Below, in pieces: positions 57,828 through 64,000 of a DNA stretch of 64,000 nt; the first letter of the stretch is position 1; each line of letters opens with the position of its first letter. Below the pieces are notes generated by a model. It saw only the letters and a list, made by a program, of their open reading frames with translations, made no database searches and was not told the origin of the DNA. Where the stretch lies: assembly GCA_001662655.1 (NCBI GenBank), contig KV460208.1; one strand, 5' to 3'. The stretch is from Pseudogymnoascus verrucosus (lineage: Eukaryota). Both the position numbers and the translations under genes were made by a program.

Positions 57828-59032
57828 ATGACGAGCGCCATGGCAAACATGTCGTCCATGTCGACCAAGTCCAACAATTCCTACCTGTCCGACCTTCCGC
57901 CGCTGCCGTCATACACGCTCTCCCCCGTCGAGCCGCTCATTCCATACATTTCCGACTTCTACCTCTCCCTCCTGGCGCCATTCGCAGCTTACTGGGTCCT
58001 CTCGTTATTCTTCCACTACATCGATGTCATGGACAAATGGCCTCAGTATAGGCTCCATACGCCAGCGGAGATCCTGAAGCGCAACCGTGTATCCCGCTAC
58101 GAAGTTGCCCGAGACGTTATTATTCAGCAGATCATACAAACAGCCGTTGGGGCGATACTGGGCCTGACCGAACCTGAGGAGATGGCAGGAAAGGAGGAGT
58201 ACGATATTGCAATGTGGGCAAGGCGTATACGGATTGCCCAAAGGGCGCTGCCACAGCTGTTGGGAGCCCTCGGGCTTAATGCAGCCGCCATATCAAAGAA
58301 TGTTGCAAGCTCTTACCCGCTGCTCGCAGGCGCAATATCAGGCGGAAACTACCCTTGGCTGACTACTGGCATCGATGTTGTCAGCGGTACTCCAGTACCG
58401 GCGTTTGCGAGTTGGGAGATAATGGCTTCGAAGACAATCTACTGGGGACTTGTCCCAGCAGTGCAGTTCTTCATTGCCATTGCCATTGTCGATACATGGC
58501 AGTACTTTTTGCACCGCGCCATGCACATTAACAAGTGGCTTTACAGTACGTTTCATTCTCTTTGCCCTCTAAATGGAGACTCATTTGCTGACATCTTATA
58601 GCTACATTCCATGCTCGTCACCACCGCCTGTATGTCCCCTATGCATACGGTGCACTCTACAACCACCCATTCGAGGGTTTCTTGCTGGATACTCTAGGCG
58701 CTAGTATCGCCTACAAGCTTTCATTCATGACCCCGCGACAAGGGATGTGCTTCTTCGTTGGGTCAACACTCAAAACCGTCGATGACCACTGTGGATATTC
58801 CCTACCCTGGGACCCCCTACAGCACATCACAAGCAACAACGCTGGATACCACGACATCCACCACCAGAGCTGGGGTATCAAGACAAACTTCAGCCAGCCA
58901 TTCTTTACGTTCTGGGATCGAGTACTAGGCACGGTCTGGCAAGGCGGAAACGTCAAGTCTCGTTACGAGAGGTCTGCGAAGGCCGCCGAAGTGCTTGTCA
59001 ACGCCGACAAGGTACCGCCGAAGCGAGAATAA
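57828..59032 (+). CDS. SUR2: Sphinganine C4-hydroxylase, 2 exons
   Basis: DTWQYFLHRAMH, HARHHRLYVPYAYGALYNHP, KTVDDHCGY, HDIHHQSWGIKTNFSQPFF. Intron ~58546-58601; alternative ATG at 57840. Confidence 0.95.
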
Positions 59033-60743
59033 TAATACTTACACTATAATTCTTTTGTAGCCTATTGATGTATCAATTTTTTTTTGGCATGGCGCACGGG
59101 ATGGTTGGGATGCGGCCTTGGTTTGCGGGAGGTTTGGCGTCATATGGGCACCACTCTAATGGACGCTGTATGAATATAGATGATCTTGACTGCAGGACAG
59201 GAAGGTTCTAGTTGCAGGTTGGTTTAAGAGCCCTTACTAATTTTAATTACATGATGCTTCTTCAGAACATGGTTGTTTGGAATACATTGCAGGAAATATT
59301 CCTCCACTTCTTCATACGAAATACAAAGCACATTATTGGAGTCTACATGAAGCCCCCTGAGTCTTCGGACCTGCAGCTGTGGCTCATGCGCCGTGAAAAA
59401 TGCCGATATGTCGCTCTACTTGATATCGTGAATTATTGGACTCTCACTGTTCAGATATACTCAGCCTTACCATTTGATCTACGATAGAGAGATAAGATAG
59501 AGAGGAAGATGGATGAGAGATGAGACTTGGCAGTACAGGGTCTTGTATTTCCCCCTCGATGATGTTCTGGTTCAATCATTCTTGCTCAATCAGGTCAATT
59601 TTGTACTCTACAAAGGGGGACCTCTTGTCATCTGCGAACTCCTGCATTGGTTTCATGCATCAGACACGTTACTTACAGGTCACTCCGGTTCACCTCCTTT
59701 CGAGTAACAAACGATTCAATATTGCGGAGAAATATGCAAGAATATGCGTTGTTGATGTCTCATTGCGATGGGCCGTCCATGCCGGCCGTCCCTTTGTGGC
59801 CCGGTCGAGTTGTGTTTAGCTCCTACTGGATCCTGCTTTGGACGCGTCGTCGCCAAGCGCCAATCATTATTTCCCGTCTCATTTCAAATCCAGCCATATC
59901 GTGCCAATCAACCAACCACCACCACCACGCTTGCGGGAACTAGCTACTCTCTAGTTGCGCTCACGCTCTCCATCTTCCAAGTCCCATTGGAAGCCGAGTG
60001 TCTCTTCCCCCCAATAGATTGATCCTCAGGGGAATTAATGGGGATCAATGGGGAATTAATGGGGTTTAATCTAATATTACAGGTCCACCACCATCGACAC
60101 CAAAAATCTACGGTTGAGACATTGTTCCTGGTTGAGCTGAAGCAAAACGCCATAGGTTTGGTTAGCCCAAATGTTATAACTGAGGCATTGTGCCCACCTC
60201 CTCGGCGCCTACTGAACAATGCGACACACACTATTAAACCCAGCGTTCCCCTACACCCCTCCCCCCCCAGCCCACATATATCCTCCTCGAATATATTCCT
60301 TGTCAAAGTGCCTCTTAAAACTCTTAAAACAATCAATCTAAGCGCCGTGCATCAGGTATCGTCGATCATCCCCGCTACCTGCCATACCTTTCATGCCGAG
60401 TGAATCAAGGGTTACAGCAACCGCTCCGACTGGCCCAACCCAAACGGAATATCTCTAAATCACACAACTGCATCGTCTCAAAGACGACCTCGCGCCTGCT
60501 GGTACGCAGGTCGTGTTCATACCCCGCAGTGACCGAACATCTCAGATAGAGACTGGAGAATATATCCAAGTAGATTGGATGGGTTTGGAACATATTCGGC
60601 TTGCGAACACGATGGCGCACCATTGATGATTAAATATCTACGAGTCCCATAGGCCTTGTGAAGAACCCAGTGTTTGATCGCATCGAAGATAATTAGAGTT
60701 TGGGGCTGGCCATTTTTACCACTGTCCTTTCACGTCGACCGCA

Positions 60744-62579
60744 ATGGACCCGACCACGACTCTCATGACCTTTATGCTGTAAGTTGTTGCCCATTATGAG
60801 CTTTTTGTAACCAACACCTGTGGTTTATTCTCATTCATTGATCGGCGTCGTCTATGGGTAGTTGCATGAAAGTGGACTCCTTGAACCCTCATGACGATTC
60901 ACCCAGCACGAGTTATGGGATGTGAACTAGAACCTGTATCACCTTCGCATGCACGGCATTTATCCACTTGGTGTTTGCTTTTTGAATCATGGTTACACAA
61001 TAATCTTCTCCGGATATCATCTAATATGCTTATAGCCAGACATCTTCCCACGCACGATCGGTGCAACTCATCGGATCGTGGGACAACTTTTCCAAACGGT
61101 ATCCGATGGAAAAGGATGCCAGGCGTGGACATGGGGAATGGAGAGGCTGCTATTCTTTCAAAGACATCATCTGCGACGGCGACACTGCGAACTCTGCGAA
61201 ACGTAATGGCGGGCTGAAGATGGGACAAACATACTATTACTATGTAAGAGCCGCAATTTGGCTTTTGGTTATCAACTTACTGATTTAACCAATAGTACGA
61301 AATAGACGATGGTATTGAGATCCATGATCCCACACGGCCATTCACTACCGCATGCCAGTATCTGCCTGGTCAGCCTGTCAACTTTCTATGGGTTCCAGTC
61401 GAAGAGACTCCATTGAGAGAACGAAGCGCATCTGTAGGCGCAACAGGCACGGATATAAAGACCATGAACCCTGCCGACAAGTATCTGACCCCGCGAGCGC
61501 CACCTCCAACACCGAAATCGCTGCCACGGTTAAACACCTCTCCCGGTGTTATTGCAAGGAAGAGAGGCGCAAGGTCGACATCTCCTGTCCCTCGATCACC
61601 CTGGTCCGCTAGAGTTCTCTTCGGCCTTAAATCTCCTATTTCTGCGGCTCCAAATAATGATCGCCGGCTCTCACCCTCACGGAGCCACGAAGGCGATGCT
61701 CACATCAGCTACCCAACATTAGTGAGCAGCACAAGCAAACGAGCCACTGCCTTGGCCGGGAAGGTAGGCTCTGGAGAAACATCACCATCCACCCGGAATC
61801 CAGCACCTCGAGATGCAGCGCCACCAAACCCCTCCATCCACTCAGATAAGAGCTCACTTTCCTCCCCCTTCACATCCATCCCCCACGACAACTTCGAAGA
61901 CGAATTCGAAGACGACGACAACTTCGCCAGCACCTCCCACCCCCCCATCGACGACGACGAGAAGTCCTCCATCACCTCCCTCTCCCCGCCGCCACCAAAA
62001 CGCGATTTCCTCACCCTCTCACACCTCACCCTCGCCCCCGTTGAAGCAAAACCCCTCCCCCACCTCCCCTCAGACGCATGTCCCTCAATGGTCGCCTCGC
62101 CCCTCCACGTCCTCCCCCAACCCCTCTCCTTCGACGAGAGGATGAATCCCAAATCCCACTTCTCCATCGACAGCATCGCCACAAGCTTCGCCTCGCTCGC
62201 GGGGAGCCAGTTTGATAGTTCGAGTCCGTCGGCGTATGATTCGACTGATGAGTATGTGGTTACGGATGATGGGTTCGATTTTGGGTTTTCGACGCCGAAA
62301 CCACCTGTTGTTCTTGAGGGGGCGGAGAGGGACGCGCAGGCGGGGAGCTTTTATGGGTATAGTCTCCCGTTTGGATCGGCTGATGAGGGGATGGAGAAAC
62401 ATAATCGTTCCGATAGTCTGGCAACTGTTACGCTTGAGGAAGGAGGCGCGAGGTCTTCGTTTGGGTCGCCGGTGTTCCAGAGTAACTCCCCTTCATCACC
62501 GGATAACAGGACTGTTACGGCTCTTGATGAGCTTCTTGATGAACTGGGGTATCTTGGGGATTTTATCTCCGGAGACTGA
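60744..62579 (+). CDS. Protein with N-terminal AMPK-beta/CBM48-like domain and Ser/Pro-rich tail, 3 exons
   Basis: MDPTTTLMTFM|...SVQLIGSWDNFSKRYPM...GGLKMGQTYYYY|YEIDDG. Introns ~60779-61034 and ~61244-61295. Confidence 0.75.
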
Positions 62580-63309
62580 TCGAATCACTGGCTGTCATAC
62601 AACACCTTTGGGCTTGCGAGCCCATTGTACCGATCTTGTAATACGGTAGATAAGGCTCTACCTTGATGTATATATTTTACTTTGCTTTCAATTCGGAACG
62701 GCGCCAGGAAACTGTCTATATTCGATAGATAGAAGGGGGGAAGGAGTCAAAGGGTAAACAGCAGCGCTATCAGGCGAACTGCATATGACATAATGATACC
62801 AGGAGATGTACATAGAACATACCAACGAATGCTTATAAGGCTTCCACAGACAAATTATAACAAACAATTGAATAAACTTCCCTGTTTGCACAAATTGAAG
62901 CATTCCCCCTCTATATAAACAACTCACATCACGTGATACATGTACAACCTCCGACCCCTGCCGCAGATAAGCGCAATCTGCGTTATCGGATCGGTCCAGG
63001 GTCCAATCCCGCAAATATTTCGAAAACCGAAAGGCTTCAGAGTCACCGATTTTGTGCCCTTGCAACCATTGTCCCTTATAATTCACCGGAGTGAAGGTAC
63101 CGAAGGCTGCGCGATTATACTCCTGTGCCTGGGAAAATCGATTGAGCAGAATCGCGAAAGAAGGCGCGTGTAGCGGTGTGCGCGACTAGCGGTGCAGGGA
63201 CGGTCGAGTCACAAGAGGTGAGATAGCTATTCTTCCGATATACAAGAGGGAAACTAATATATGCCCAGGCCTTTTTTTCGAGTAATTTTCTACAGAGAAG
63301 CGATTCAAG

Positions 63310-64000
63310 ATGTCGGCAGCGCTCCCGGGGAACAGGGCACTCCCCGCCTCGCAATATGATCTCGCCACCTACTGGGGCCGCGTGAAGCACGCCGCTGAGA
63401 TTTCAGATCCTAGGTGAGAACAAAAACACAAAACGGGGAAAGGGTTGGGGGGGAGGAGGGCGGATTGTACGTGGTTTTTCATGGACAATAAACCCCTGGC
63501 CAAGGACGAGGGGGCTTTGGAGTCAGGAAACTATGGACGGCCGAGGGGAGAAACATTGGCTAACCAAGCGCGTTATCTAGGATGCTGTTGATATCGAAGA
63601 AGGGATTGGAAGACTCGAAGGAGTTGATTGCGAGTTACAAATTGGGCAAGATTGCGCAGATGTCCCCGGAGCTATGGCATGCGAAGAAAGTGGTGGACGC
63701 GACTATACATCCTGGTGCGTTGCCTCTTTCTCTACTCGTTCCTACACCGCTGGGGAGAATATACTGACAAGAACCAGATACGGGTGAAGCAGTAATGCTA
63801 CCCTTCCGCATGTCCTCCTTCGTCCTCTCCAACTTGATCGTCACAGCCGGCATGCTAACCCCCGGCCTCGGTGTACGTCCCTCCTCCTCCCCCCCCTTTC
63901 TATTCCAACCCATAACTAACCCCCACCCCCTATAGACGACCGGCACACTCCTCTGGCAAATAACCAACCAATCCCTCAACGTCGCCATCAACAACGCCAA
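63310..64000 (+). CDS. FSF1: Sideroflexin/mitochondrial tricarboxylate carrier (partial, continues past the window)
   Basis: YDLATYWGRVKH...DPR|, LWHAKKVVDATIHP|DTGEAVMLPFRMSS, WQITNQSLNVAINNA. Confidence 0.93.

Noticed and set aside
1..64000. tRNA/rRNA genes, telomeric arrays, Starship captain, PKS/NRPS backbone
   Set aside because: None recognised by eye; small tRNAs could have been missed without tRNAscan-SE.

Overview
Genomic DNA from a filamentous ascomycete (short GT-AG introns with CTAAC/CTGAC branch points; Leotiomycete-like affinity is only my impression). The window has two halves. About 1-32.9 kb is accessory-like: a probable amine/amino-acid catabolic mini-cluster (APC permease, Rid-family protein lacking the catalytic Arg, Zn2Cys6 TF, ALDH), a RIP-eroded DUF3505-type transposon relic, two SDRs, an MFS transporter, a tannase/feruloyl esterase, a secreted L-amino-acid oxidase, a GNAT, an unknown coiled-coil protein with an R-x4-H (HEPN-like) motif, a cupin, pseudogenes, tandem duplications and two striking palindromes. 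About 33-64 kb is dense housekeeping DNA (RSE1, MSS51, TFC7-like, acid phosphatase, PPR protein, MIS12, AIM3/BBC1-like, RING-H2, TRZ1, TCTP, SUR2, CBM-like protein, FSF1). The best signals outside the ORF track are an intronic box C/D snoRNA in RSE1 intron 2 with an 18S-complementary guide, a 258-bp fold-back palindrome, an 82-bp x3 motif-rich repeat in the TF/ALDH divergent promoter, a perfect 23-bp GC hairpin and a GC-AG intron. Exon boundaries were derived by eye and may be off by a few bases; no database searches were run.
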